A stretch of 64,000 nucleotides of DNA, from NCBI GenBank assembly GCA_037129925.1, contig JBAXTZ010000015.1:1-64000 (forward strand), given 5' to 3'. The DNA comes from Bacillota bacterium. GTDB lineage: Bacteria; Bacillota; Negativicutes; JBAXTZ01. Under the pieces are notes generated by a model that was given only the letters and a program-made list of their open reading frames with translations, was not told the DNA's origin and ran no database searches. The translations under genes and the position numbers were made by a program. Shown here piece by piece: positions 9,824 through 18,484 of the stretch; position 1 is the stretch's first letter; every line of letters starts with the position of its first letter.

Positions 9824-10780
9824 ATGTCAAAATATCAACAATTCGATTTTAGCAATATCAAATCCTGTAGCATTGCCGACCGTCAAAGCAAAGTGGATAT
9901 TGATAATTTTGCTTGCATACCTGCAGACAATTCAATGACAGCGTTCCTGGACAGTCTACCGGATATTTTATTTGGTAAACAGTTCAAAGAATTCGTCGCG
10001 ATTTACAAAAACGCCATCACCAATAAAAAACCGATAATCTGGATGATGGGGGCGCACGTCCTCAAGAGCGGGTTGTCGCCGCTGATTATCGACCTGATGC
10101 AAAAGAAATTAATCTCGCATTTGGCGCTAAATGGCGCCGGCGCGATTCACGATGTTGAAATCGCCATGTGGGGTCAGACCAGCGAAGATGTCGCCGTCGC
10201 ACTGCAAGACGGCTCGTTTGGAATGTGCCGGGAAACTGCCGCTTTTATTAACGATGAACTAAACCAGCACGCTGATGATGACCTCGGCTACGGCGAAGCG
10301 ATCGGCGAGAAGTTACTGCGACTAAACCCCGCCAATATTCATCTGAGCGTTGTGGCAAACTGTGTTAAAGAAAATATTCCCCTCAGCGTCCACTCGGCAA
10401 TCGGCACCGAAATCATTCAACAGCACCCGAATTTCAACGGCGCGTCCGCCGGAAAAAAAGCCGAAATTGATTTCAAAATATTTACCAATTCAGTGGCAAA
10501 ACTCACTAAAGATTCTTTGGTAATCAGTTTTGGCTCGGCGGTAATTTTACCGGAAGTCTTCCTCAAAGCGCTGACCGTCGTCCGCAATCTCGGTCATGAC
10601 GCGTTCGGGTTTAATACCGCGGTTTTCGACATGATCCGCCACTACCGGCCGTTTGAAAATATCGTCCATCGTCCGACAATTCCTAATGGCAAAGGCTATT
10701 ATTTCATCGGTTGTCACGAATTGATGCTGCCGTTGATATATAATTTGGTTAAGGACGAAAAGTCGAGTTCAGAGTCCTGA
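9824..10780 (+). CDS. Deoxyhypusine synthase-like protein (DHS-like NAD-binding fold); function unknown
   Basis: 318 aa. GAHVLKSGLSPLIIDLMQKKLISHLALNGAGAIHDVE aligns in pattern with eukaryotic/archaeal DHS ([35 protein letters not shown]). This is a weak but recurrent resemblance. Confidence 0.4.
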   Translation: MSKYQQFDFSNIKSCSIADRQSKVDIDNFACIPADNSMTAFLDSLPDILFGKQFKEFVAIYKNAITNKKPIIWMMGAHVLKSGLSPLIIDLMQKKLISHLALNGAGAIHDVEIAMWGQTSEDVAVALQDGSFGMCRETAAFINDELNQHADDDLGYGEAIGEKLLRLNPANIHLSVVANCVKENIPLSVHSAIGTEIIQQHPNFNGASAGKKAEIDFKIFTNSVAKLTKDSLVISFGSAVILPEVFLKALTVVRNLGHDAFGFNTAVFDMIRHYRPFENIVHRPTIPNGKGYYFIGCHELMLPLIYNLVKDEKSSSES

Positions 10781-10841
10781 GTCAAGAGTTCTGAGTTCAG
10801 AGTTCAGAGTTCAGAGTTCAGAGTCCTGAGTTTTGAGTTTA
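10765..10841 (+). repeat. Tandem heptanucleotide repeat (GAGTTCA-like, 11 units) spanning the stop codon of the 9824 gene
   Basis: Units read gagttca/gagtcct/gagtcaa/gagttct/gagttca x4/gagtcct/gagtttt/gagttta. The TGA stop at 10778-10780 lies inside unit 2. Confidence 0.8.
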
Positions 10842-10845
10842 CGTC

Positions 10846-10872
10846 GCGCAGAATTATTCTGCGCTTTTTTTT
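10846..10872 (+). terminator. Rho-independent terminator
   Basis: Stem gcgcagaa / ttctgcgc with a 3-nt loop, followed by T9. Confidence 0.75.
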
Positions 10873-10939
10873 ATTAGTTTTGCAGGAAATTGAAAATATT
10901 TGCCGAATATATTGCTTATCTTATTTTGGGAGAGAGAAT

Positions 10940-12439
10940 ATGAAAAAGCTTATTGCGCTACTCTTGATTTTGGCGCTCGCTACGACATTGCTGTCCGGCT
11001 GCGGAACCAGCGTCAAGAAGGATGATTTGAAAGATGAAGTCCACCTCATCTGGTACACGCTTGGCACCACTCCGGAAGATAATGCGCTCGTAACCGAGGA
11101 AGTCAACAAATACCTTAAAGGTAAAATCAACGCCACGATTGAATTTCGCTATATTGAATGGGGCGACTACGACCCGAAAATCAAAACCATCACCACGGCC
11201 GGCGAACCGTTTGATTTTATGTTCACCAGCACTTGGATAAACGACTTTACCCAAAACGTCGCTGCTGGAAAACTATTGCCGCTGAACGATTTAATTGACC
11301 AATATGGCAAAGAAATGAAAGCTGCCATCGACCCGGTATATCTTGAATACACTCGCATTAACGGCATTAATTACGCCATTCCGACCAATAAAGAGCAAGG
11401 CACCATCATGAACTACGCGCTCAACAAAAACATTGCCAGCAAATATAACATCGATATTACAAAAATACTAAAAACTGAGGATTGGGAGCCGGTATTTGCC
11501 AAGATAAAGCCTGACCACATTTATGGCTTCAGTATCGACAAGAACAACGGCTTTGTCATGCCGGAATACGATTTTATCATCGACTCCAAATACCCCGGCG
11601 CAGTTAGAATGGATGACCCGACTTGCAAGGTAATTAATCAATTTGAAAGTCCGGAATTTATTAACGAGTTGAAAACCTATCGAAGATTTTACCAAAAAGG
11701 CTACATCCGCCCAGATGCGTTCACAATCGATTGGGCAACAGCGATAAATGATTTTTCTACCGGTAAATCTGCCGTTATGTTTGCCGAAGATATTCATACC
11801 GCCATAGAACTTTTGCCAAACAATGTTGATTGGCTGGAAAAACAGCGCAAAGCGCCACTCGAGCTTCAACCCTGTTTCCCGAAACCGATTATCAACACCC
11901 GCTCGTTGTCAGTATCAATGATCGGAATTTCCGCGACCAGCCAGCATCCGGAGCGGGCGATGATGTTTTTGAACCTGCTAAACTCCGATAAATATCTCCG
12001 CAATCTGGTCGGCTTTGGCATTGAAAACGTGCATTATAAGAAAATCGATGCCGACACCATTGATTTGTTGCCACGTTCAACAAAGTACACCACTAACCAA
12101 GGCGCATTTGGCAACTGCTTAATTCTCTACGGCACACTGGACAGCAAAACCGGCAAGAAAACTTACGAGGGCGACTACAGCATCAAGGTTAAAGCCGTGA
12201 ATGCCAACAGCATAAAATCTCCATTGTTGGGATTTTATTTCAACCCCACTCCGGTAAAAACTGAAATCGCCGCCATCGTCAACAACGCTCATGAATTCAC
12301 TTCACCGCTCTATACCGGCGCCATTGATCCCGAAGAAGGCATCAAAAACTATATGGCAAAAGCCCGTGATGCCGGTATGGATAAAGTACTTGCCGAGATG
12401 CAAAAACAAATCGACGAGTGGAAAAAGACACGCAAGTAA
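10940..12439 (+). CDS. Extracellular solute-binding lipoprotein (ABC transporter substrate-binding protein, family 1-like)
   Basis: The lipoprotein signal MKKLIALLLILALATTLLSGCG follows a GGGAGAGAG RBS. The ORF track starts earlier, at 10880. The protein is about 500 aa with an SBP fold. Confidence 0.6.
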   Translation: MKKLIALLLILALATTLLSGCGTSVKKDDLKDEVHLIWYTLGTTPEDNALVTEEVNKYLKGKINATIEFRYIEWGDYDPKIKTITTAGEPFDFMFTSTWINDFTQNVAAGKLLPLNDLIDQYGKEMKAAIDPVYLEYTRINGINYAIPTNKEQGTIMNYALNKNIASKYNIDITKILKTEDWEPVFAKIKPDHIYGFSIDKNNGFVMPEYDFIIDSKYPGAVRMDDPTCKVINQFESPEFINELKTYRRFYQKGYIRPDAFTIDWATAINDFSTGKSAVMFAEDIHTAIELLPNNVDWLEKQRKAPLELQPCFPKPIINTRSLSVSMIGISATSQHPERAMMFLNLLNSDKYLRNLVGFGIENVHYKKIDADTIDLLPRSTKYTTNQGAFGNCLILYGTLDSKTGKKTYEGDYSIKVKAVNANSIKSPLLGFYFNPTPVKTEIAAIVNNAHEFTSPLYTGAIDPEEGIKNYMAKARDAGMDKVLAEMQKQIDEWKKTRK

Positions 12440-12444
12440 CGCTT

Positions 12445-12538
12445 GACAAGTTATCAAGTTATCAAGTTGTCAAGTTGTCGAGTTATCAAGTTATAAAGTT
12501 ATCGAGTTGTCGAGTAGTCGAGTAGTCGAGTGGTCGAT
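12445..12538 (+). repeat. Tandem octanucleotide repeat (CAAGTTAT-like, about 12 units) in a 3' intergenic region
   Basis: Units read caagttat/caagttat/caagttgt/caagttgt/cgagttat/caagttat/aaagttat/cgagttgt/cgagtagt/cgagtagt/cgagtggt. The tract begins 6 nt after the TAA stop. Confidence 0.8.
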
Positions 12539-12548
12539 AGAATTGGAA

Positions 12549-12594
12549 CATCCCCGACCGGTGCAAAATGCGGCGAGCGGGGATGTTTTTGTTT
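12549..12594. terminator. Bidirectional rho-independent terminator between convergent genes
   Basis: Stem catccccg...cggggatg, followed by TTTTTGTTT on the plus strand and an A/T run on the other. Confidence 0.65.
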
Positions 12595-14200
12595 AAAAAC
12601 TCTTGCCGAGCTGAATACCGAGACTATTCGCCGAATATGCGCCGCCGGTGTTTAGATAATCCACCTGCACTGAAAACCCGTCCGCCAGAATCAGCTTGCC
12701 GCCACCACCGGCAGTATAAATATACTGTCCGAGCGCCGCGCTTGCAGTTTCGTCAGTTACACTGATTGTTGCAGCATTGCCCAACCGGCTGGCAGCACTG
12801 GTATCCAGCCAGATACTTACGAGTTTACTGTCATTTCGATAGAAATCTTTCTGCAATTTGAGCCCGGCACCAGCCAGACCGGTGTTCCAGGTCGTGGTGT
12901 TTACCGTTGCACCAAGCCCATCTCCAAAAGCGCCGATATAATAATTATCCATCCCGGCAAACAGCTGCGGCTGCAGTAGCCAGCCGTTGCCAAAATCACA
13001 ATCCAGTCCGCCCTGAATTCCGGCGACAAAATGGTTACCGGAATAATTCACCGTGAAATTCTGCGCGCTACCACCACTCCAGCTGTTAACGGTATTGGAA
13101 AAAGAATTTCGTCCAAATGCCAGTTCGGCTGACAGATACGGCGATACCACCCGCTTCAACGGCGCCTGCCAAGCCAGATAAGCGCCACCGCGCCAGTCGT
13201 TTACCACGTTGTTGATAGTACCGCTGCTGTCAGTCTGATTGATATTGCCGTAATTAAAAAACACGCCGCTAAATACCGAACTGCGTTTATCGTCTTTGCC
13301 GGCAAGCTTGGCATCCCAACCGACAGTTACACCATAATCGTTGCTGTTATAGTTGAAGTTGCCGTTATAAGTACTCTTTTGAATATAATAGTTGGTGCCG
13401 ATTTTAATAACATTGCTGACTATCATCTCGTTGTTCGTGGCGTTGTCCGTGTAGGACGACTGGCTGCCATATAAAGATGCCCAGATGCCATCGGCGGTCA
13501 CACCATTGCGGCGTACCGAATCAACATGTCCGCGCACAACCACTTCAACATCGTCACTCAACAGTTGTGCGGCGTTAAGCGCTGATGCATAACTCTCCAA
13601 ATACGCCGGCGAGTACAGCGCATAGACCAGCCAACCGTTTATTTCCTTGCTATCGTTAAGTAACCAATACTGCGCCGGTCCGCCCGGACGCACCGTTCCG
13701 TCCGGCTCGGTGAACGCTGCGCCGGATCCGGTAATTATCAATTGTCCTGCTGGAATTTCTATCCAGTACATTCCCGTCATCGGATTATTCCATTGTTCCA
13801 GAACCGCCATATCCATACGCTGGTCGTATAGCGATTCATATTTCCCGCCATACCAGTGCCCCAATCCGTACTGCTTCGCTGCCTCATTATTTACTGACCG
13901 ACGGAATACTTTCATCGAATTAGAGGTTTCCATAATTTGAATTTTCGTATCCACAAACGAAGAAAAGTCACTAAAAGCACTATCGGTGCCGTTGAAAGTA
14001 AAACCAGCCGCAACCAGCACCGCTTTCTTGGCAGCTAGCATATCGGCGTAAACAATCGTCCCGTTCTTATATTGTTGATCCAGCGTCGTCAATTGCTGAT
14101 TCCAAACAGCAACCTGCGCCGGGGTGACCGGTCCGGGTTTCGCGTAGCACACGCTTGTAACAAATAGCACGAGCACAGTTATGCAAAGCCACTTTTTCAT
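12593..14200 (-). CDS. Outer-membrane beta-barrel protein (autotransporter-like), secreted
   Basis: 535 aa with a signal peptide (MKKWLCITVLVLFVTSVCYA). The C-terminal ~250 aa are rich in G/N/S/T/Y and end in ...GIQLGKSF, a C-terminal Phe typical of OM beta-barrels. Confidence 0.5.
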   Translation of the reverse strand: MKKWLCITVLVLFVTSVCYAKPGPVTPAQVAVWNQQLTTLDQQYKNGTIVYADMLAAKKAVLVAAGFTFNGTDSAFSDFSSFVDTKIQIMETSNSMKVFRRSVNNEAAKQYGLGHWYGGKYESLYDQRMDMAVLEQWNNPMTGMYWIEIPAGQLIITGSGAAFTEPDGTVRPGGPAQYWLLNDSKEINGWLVYALYSPAYLESYASALNAAQLLSDDVEVVVRGHVDSVRRNGVTADGIWASLYGSQSSYTDNATNNEMIVSNVIKIGTNYYIQKSTYNGNFNYNSNDYGVTVGWDAKLAGKDDKRSSVFSGVFFNYGNINQTDSSGTINNVVNDWRGGAYLAWQAPLKRVVSPYLSAELAFGRNSFSNTVNSWSGGSAQNFTVNYSGNHFVAGIQGGLDCDFGNGWLLQPQLFAGMDNYYIGAFGDGLGATVNTTTWNTGLAGAGLKLQKDFYRNDSKLVSIWLDTSAASRLGNAATISVTDETASAALGQYIYTAGGGGKLILADGFSVQVDYLNTGGAYSANSLGIQLGKSF

Positions 14201-14270
14201 GACGTTCCCCCGTTCGCGATTTTTTCACCTGCGTTACTCAAATTATATACCCACAGTTGCAGCTTTTCCA

Positions 14271-14906
14271 CTATTGCCACAGCAGTTGGATGCATTCCCA
14301 GAGAAATTTCAAAGCAAAAACGATTATCACCGCGCCACAGATTTTGTTAATGACACCAAAAATTCGCGCAGATATCAGATGCCGCAGTAGCGCGACCGCA
14401 ATAGTCAACCCCGCAAACCACAACAGCGAGGCGCTGCACATCCCGAGGAAGAAAACATTCTTCGCCGCTTCGGGCAATCCAGCGTTAACCGTCCCGAAAA
14501 GAATCGAGCCATCGATCAGTGCGTGCGGATTGAGCCAGGTTACGACGAACAAGTCACGACAGACACTCCAGAAGGAATAGTTTTTGGTACCGGCATCAGT
14601 TTTTATAACGACTGCTGTACGAATCAGCTTGATACCGATAATCAGCAACATTATAAATCCGGCAAACAAAATCAATGATTTCAGCCAGGAAAACCGATCA
14701 ATCAACGCGCCTAACCCAAGAAAACAAGCCGTCGCAAGCGAAATGTCCATAAACGAAACGATTAGTATGGTAATGATATGGCAACGCCAACCACCCCGCA
14801 GCGCCGCGTTAATCACATAAATATTCTGTAGACCAATCGGCACAACATAGGCGATGCCGAGTAAAAGACCTTGAAGAAAATACATAATTACTAAGTCCTC
14901 TATCAA
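14271..14906 (-). CDS. LysE/ArgO family amino-acid exporter
   Basis: 211 aa, six TM helices, and a LysE-type N-terminus (LLGIAYVVPIGLQNIYVINAALRGG). Confidence 0.75.
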   Translation of the reverse strand: MIEDLVIMYFLQGLLLGIAYVVPIGLQNIYVINAALRGGWRCHIITILIVSFMDISLATACFLGLGALIDRFSWLKSLILFAGFIMLLIIGIKLIRTAVVIKTDAGTKNYSFWSVCRDLFVVTWLNPHALIDGSILFGTVNAGLPEAAKNVFFLGMCSASLLWFAGLTIAVALLRHLISARIFGVINKICGAVIIVFALKFLWECIQLLWQ

Positions 14907-15008
14907 AAATCGGCTACACAGGTAATTCGCGTCTCATACTTTAAACACAATCAATTATTGACGTTTGCCATATATTCTTTGTTGTTTTGCCATTATCAAC
15001 TTGCGTAC

Positions 15009-15401
15009 TCATTTTTTCATACGATCACAGGCTTGCCACGCGACACAATAGACCACTACAGGAATAATGAACAACACTAAGTGTAGAAATTTATCCAAGT
15101 CATAAACACCTAGCCTCCAAACTGCCAGATAAAAAGTGTACAAGGAAAATACCGCTGCACCTACGATCGCTATTTTACTATTTTGATAGATTCCTATAGC
15201 TGTGCTCATAAGCAAAACCAGCGTGAAATACTCCAATAATCCTGCTGTGTGTAAATTAAAGAATACCAATAATACATATCCTACTACTAGGATAACGTTA
15301 TAGATAACTGCAGGAATTAACAACTGCTTGTTTTGCCAGTTTTGTTCTTCTTTCTTTTCTTCAAGCGTCAAATTAGCGAATTGTTTACGATATTCATTCA
15401 T
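15009..15401 (-). CDS. Membrane protein fragment homologous to the C-terminal module of the zinc-ribbon membrane protein family (split from the 15450..17669 ORF)
   Basis: 130 aa. NWQNKQLLIPAVIYNV...VVYCVAWQACDRMKK aligns with the C-terminus of the 25281..27155 protein (FRQNKQLLIPAILFNV...ITVYSVAWQAAGRIKK). Confidence 0.55.
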   Translation of the reverse strand: MNEYRKQFANLTLEEKKEEQNWQNKQLLIPAVIYNVILVVGYVLLVFFNLHTAGLLEYFTLVLLMSTAIGIYQNSKIAIVGAAVFSLYTFYLAVWRLGVYDLDKFLHLVLFIIPVVVYCVAWQACDRMKK

Positions 15402-15449
15402 CGATTTCCCGGCAAAAACTGCACTGATTATCCCGGCACATATAAATAC

Positions 15450-17669
15450 CTATCCCGTCACTACTCCAAAAGCCACAAACCCTGCCGCTGCACCGCAAAA
15501 GAGAAAAAAATAAGCCGGAAATATCACGACCGCAGCAATTTTGCTTTTTTCTATCAAACCAACATTAAGCATCAAAAGCAACAAAACAGAAACTATGAAA
15601 AACGCATTAACAAACTCCGTTTCCCGAAAAAACATCAAACCCGAACAAATAATCAAAATGCAATGATTTATCCAAACCGACCTTGATATTGCTAAGCGGT
15701 TTTTTAAAAAACTATCTACTGAATTAACTTGAACACCTTCAATTTCCGAAGAAACGTCCAGTTTGCTCGGTTTAATTAAAGTCGATTTTGCCTGAACCAC
15801 ATCTCTTACAGAAGCCATTTGCTTTTCCGTTTGAACATTATCAACTTTTAACATTTCATAAACTACTGCAAGTGTCGGTAAATAAAGCAAACAATACAAA
15901 ATATGTCCCAATATCAAAGAACAATACAAAAGTACTTTCAGCAGAATTTTCTCAACAGGACTTTTTTGAAAAAACAAAAATACTACTATCACGCCAATAA
16001 AAAACGCCGTACCTGCCGCAAGAACAGATGTAGCAACATAGCGTAAATTCAACAAGAATAGCTTCCACTTATACCCTTTCACGAGCCTGCGGCTTTCTTG
16101 CATACAATCATCGGACGACATTTCTGGACAATCATTCATAATAAAAACCGATAAAGAGTATTCAAGATACGCAACAATTCCCGGCACAACGAATAATACC
16201 GTCCAAAATGCCGTCTTGATAAACGTCGAAAAAACTATCAAAAAGGATTTACGAAAATCTTTTATTCCGACAAATAATACGCTATAAATTGGCAAGCTAT
16301 CTTTCGCAATTTTACTAAGTAAAATGGCATAGCCCTTACTACTGACTATAATAAAAAATAATGAGCACAAGAGCGAAATTAAAAATAGCGGAAACAACCA
16401 ACCATAAGGCAATTTGTCGCGAAATGTTGATGAAAAAAACAAAAGATAAATCACCGGCAAAAAAACAAACACTGATTGCAAGATGAAAATTGAAACCAAT
16501 CCTTTAAAATGCGATTTTGCCGCAAGCATCCCATTTTTTCGAATTTCCAAATTGTCTTTGTTTATCCAAACAGCACTACGCTTTGTTTGCAACACCACCT
16601 GTGAATCTAGCATTTCCAATGTTTCAATGCAATGTTTACTCTGCCGGGGTTCGATTTCACTCACGCCAATTTCGACAGCTTTCACGCCCTCTTTCAACAG
16701 TCTATGATATTCCCATGCTGCAATAATAGACCGATAATACAGAAAAGCCGAAGCAATTATCAAGACACTTGAACCAATCAAGACTGTCCATTTGCTGACG
16801 GCAACTAACGCTGCAAGTAGCAAAATATACATTAACGAGGAGATCAATACGCAAATTCGATTACCCCGGAATATCCCAAATCCAATTAAAGCAACACCAA
16901 CGGAGACTAATAACCCGCCGAGATATGCTCCCATGCTAATAATTGCATATCCGGCTATCCCCCAGTGCATGATGGCCAATATTTGGAAGGAATTTTTTAC
17001 AGCTCTAATGCGCACTTTGTACTCAGATCCCATGATGCTGGTTTCCGAAAAATCTACAGATTTACCGCAACGCACGCAGAACAATGCCGTCTGATCCGAG
17101 GTGTCTTTTGTTTGAATTATCTCAATAACGTAATAACAAACCAGAAGGCACACCGATGCTGAAAGAACAAACTGCCCTTGTCCGATACAAACTAGCAACA
17201 TAAAGATCGCTAAAACGCAAAAATATACAAATATCTTGAAGAAATTTGCGCCTTTAGCTAGCTGACCAGCTAAGCGTAATTGTTTTTCACTGGTTTGTAC
17301 ACTATGTCTTGCAAAATCATCTTCAACGCAGTCTCGACAAAACAACAAGAATACCTGCTTCCTGTTCTTGAACAGGGAGTAAATACATAAGCCAAGCATG
17401 ATGAACAGCAATAATACGTTCAAATACTCGTTCTTGGCTCCGATTGCTAACACAACCATAAGCATTGGCATCAGTACAAACGCCAACGCCAAAAATGAAC
17501 TCCTGCGATGTTCCTTGACCAATATATCAACGCCGTTGTTTTCTGCCATTATGCTAAAATCGCTGCTGGCAGTCAGGTCATTACCGCATTTCATACAACA
17601 CGTTGGATTATCGTCGATACCCGCACCGCATTTTATACAATACATTTTTCTCTCCATGATAGTTTTCAT
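15450..17669 (-). CDS. Zinc-ribbon polytopic membrane protein (paralog family, member 1); probably truncated/split
   Basis: 739 aa. An N-terminal C4 zinc ribbon (MYCIKCGAGIDDNPTCCMKCGND) is followed by more than 15 predicted TM helices with interspersed CxDC and CVRCG motifs. It is a paralog of the 25281, 24153, 22056 and 20590 ORFs. Confidence 0.6.
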   Translation of the reverse strand: MKTIMERKMYCIKCGAGIDDNPTCCMKCGNDLTASSDFSIMAENNGVDILVKEHRRSSFLALAFVLMPMLMVVLAIGAKNEYLNVLLLFIMLGLCIYSLFKNRKQVFLLFCRDCVEDDFARHSVQTSEKQLRLAGQLAKGANFFKIFVYFCVLAIFMLLVCIGQGQFVLSASVCLLVCYYVIEIIQTKDTSDQTALFCVRCGKSVDFSETSIMGSEYKVRIRAVKNSFQILAIMHWGIAGYAIISMGAYLGGLLVSVGVALIGFGIFRGNRICVLISSLMYILLLAALVAVSKWTVLIGSSVLIIASAFLYYRSIIAAWEYHRLLKEGVKAVEIGVSEIEPRQSKHCIETLEMLDSQVVLQTKRSAVWINKDNLEIRKNGMLAAKSHFKGLVSIFILQSVFVFLPVIYLLFFSSTFRDKLPYGWLFPLFLISLLCSLFFIIVSSKGYAILLSKIAKDSLPIYSVLFVGIKDFRKSFLIVFSTFIKTAFWTVLFVVPGIVAYLEYSLSVFIMNDCPEMSSDDCMQESRRLVKGYKWKLFLLNLRYVATSVLAAGTAFFIGVIVVFLFFQKSPVEKILLKVLLYCSLILGHILYCLLYLPTLAVVYEMLKVDNVQTEKQMASVRDVVQAKSTLIKPSKLDVSSEIEGVQVNSVDSFLKNRLAISRSVWINHCILIICSGLMFFRETEFVNAFFIVSVLLLLMLNVGLIEKSKIAAVVIFPAYFFLFCGAAAGFVAFGVVTG

Positions 17670-17680
17670 TTCCTCGTCGG

Positions 17681-18457
17681 CTATTTGCCCAATTTCGCCA
17701 CTGAATTCACCAACGCCTGCACTGATTTTGTTTCAATTACTACGCTGCAATTCAATTCCGAACTTAACGCTAGAAATTTTCGTAAATCAATCTCGCCCTC
17801 GAAAAATTCCAAATGGCATTTTTCGCCGATAGCATCGTGCAAATGGAAATGAGTGATTTTGTCAGAATACTTTTCAAACACTGCGCTATCAGAATAACCA
17901 GCCGCATGATCATGTCCGACATCCCAAGTCAAAAATACATTGTCGTATTCCAGCAATAATTCCAACGCTTTGCGAATGTGCGGCATAGAAAAATTCCCGG
18001 TGTTTTCAACGCAGATTTTCGCCCGTTTTTCACGGGCAACCGGCAGAATGATTTCCAGCGATTGCTGCAAGTTACGAATAAAATCATCGCAATATTCATC
18101 GTACAGCCATACTTTCTTGTCCGGCAACTTAAAATGAACCCCATTATTCAAATGAATATTCAAAATATCAATCATCCCGGTCGGAACAGCGTTCAAAGTA
18201 TTATTTAGCAAATTGACGAAGCCATTACGAATGTCATCGTGAAACGATGCCAGATCAAGTTCTTCCGGCGCATGGATATTAAACCGCACCCCCTGCTCAG
18301 CAAAATTACGATAGTCAATTTTCGCAAGGTTGGCAACCGAATAATCCGGCAGATTCATGTTCAGTTCAACAAAACTCAGCCCAAGCTGCTTGCATAAAGC
18401 CACCTGCTGTTGCAGGGTTTTTAACTCGATTAATGTTGGCATACCGAAGTGTTGCAT
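17681..18457 (-). CDS. Sugar phosphate isomerase/epimerase (xylose-isomerase-like TIM barrel)
   Basis: 258 aa with metal-binding His/Asp/Glu patterns (NIHAPEE, VENT, WDVGHD, FHLHDA). Confidence 0.6.
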   Translation of the reverse strand: MQHFGMPTLIELKTLQQQVALCKQLGLSFVELNMNLPDYSVANLAKIDYRNFAEQGVRFNIHAPEELDLASFHDDIRNGFVNLLNNTLNAVPTGMIDILNIHLNNGVHFKLPDKKVWLYDEYCDDFIRNLQQSLEIILPVAREKRAKICVENTGNFSMPHIRKALELLLEYDNVFLTWDVGHDHAAGYSDSAVFEKYSDKITHFHLHDAIGEKCHLEFFEGEIDLRKFLALSSELNCSVVIETKSVQALVNSVAKLGK

Positions 18458-18484
18458 AAATTAACTCCTTGTTTAGTCAATAGT

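Noticed and set aside
10765-12538. Possible CRISPR array
   Set aside because: The repeat units are only 7-8 nt, directly tandem with no spacers. There are no cas genes in the window.
17398-17852. Plus-strand ORFs 17398, 22192 and 27127 sharing peptide motifs (SLPHFIQ/PHFMQY)
   Set aside because: The shared motifs are reverse-complement translations of the conserved 5' ends of the minus-strand zinc-ribbon genes, not an independent gene family.
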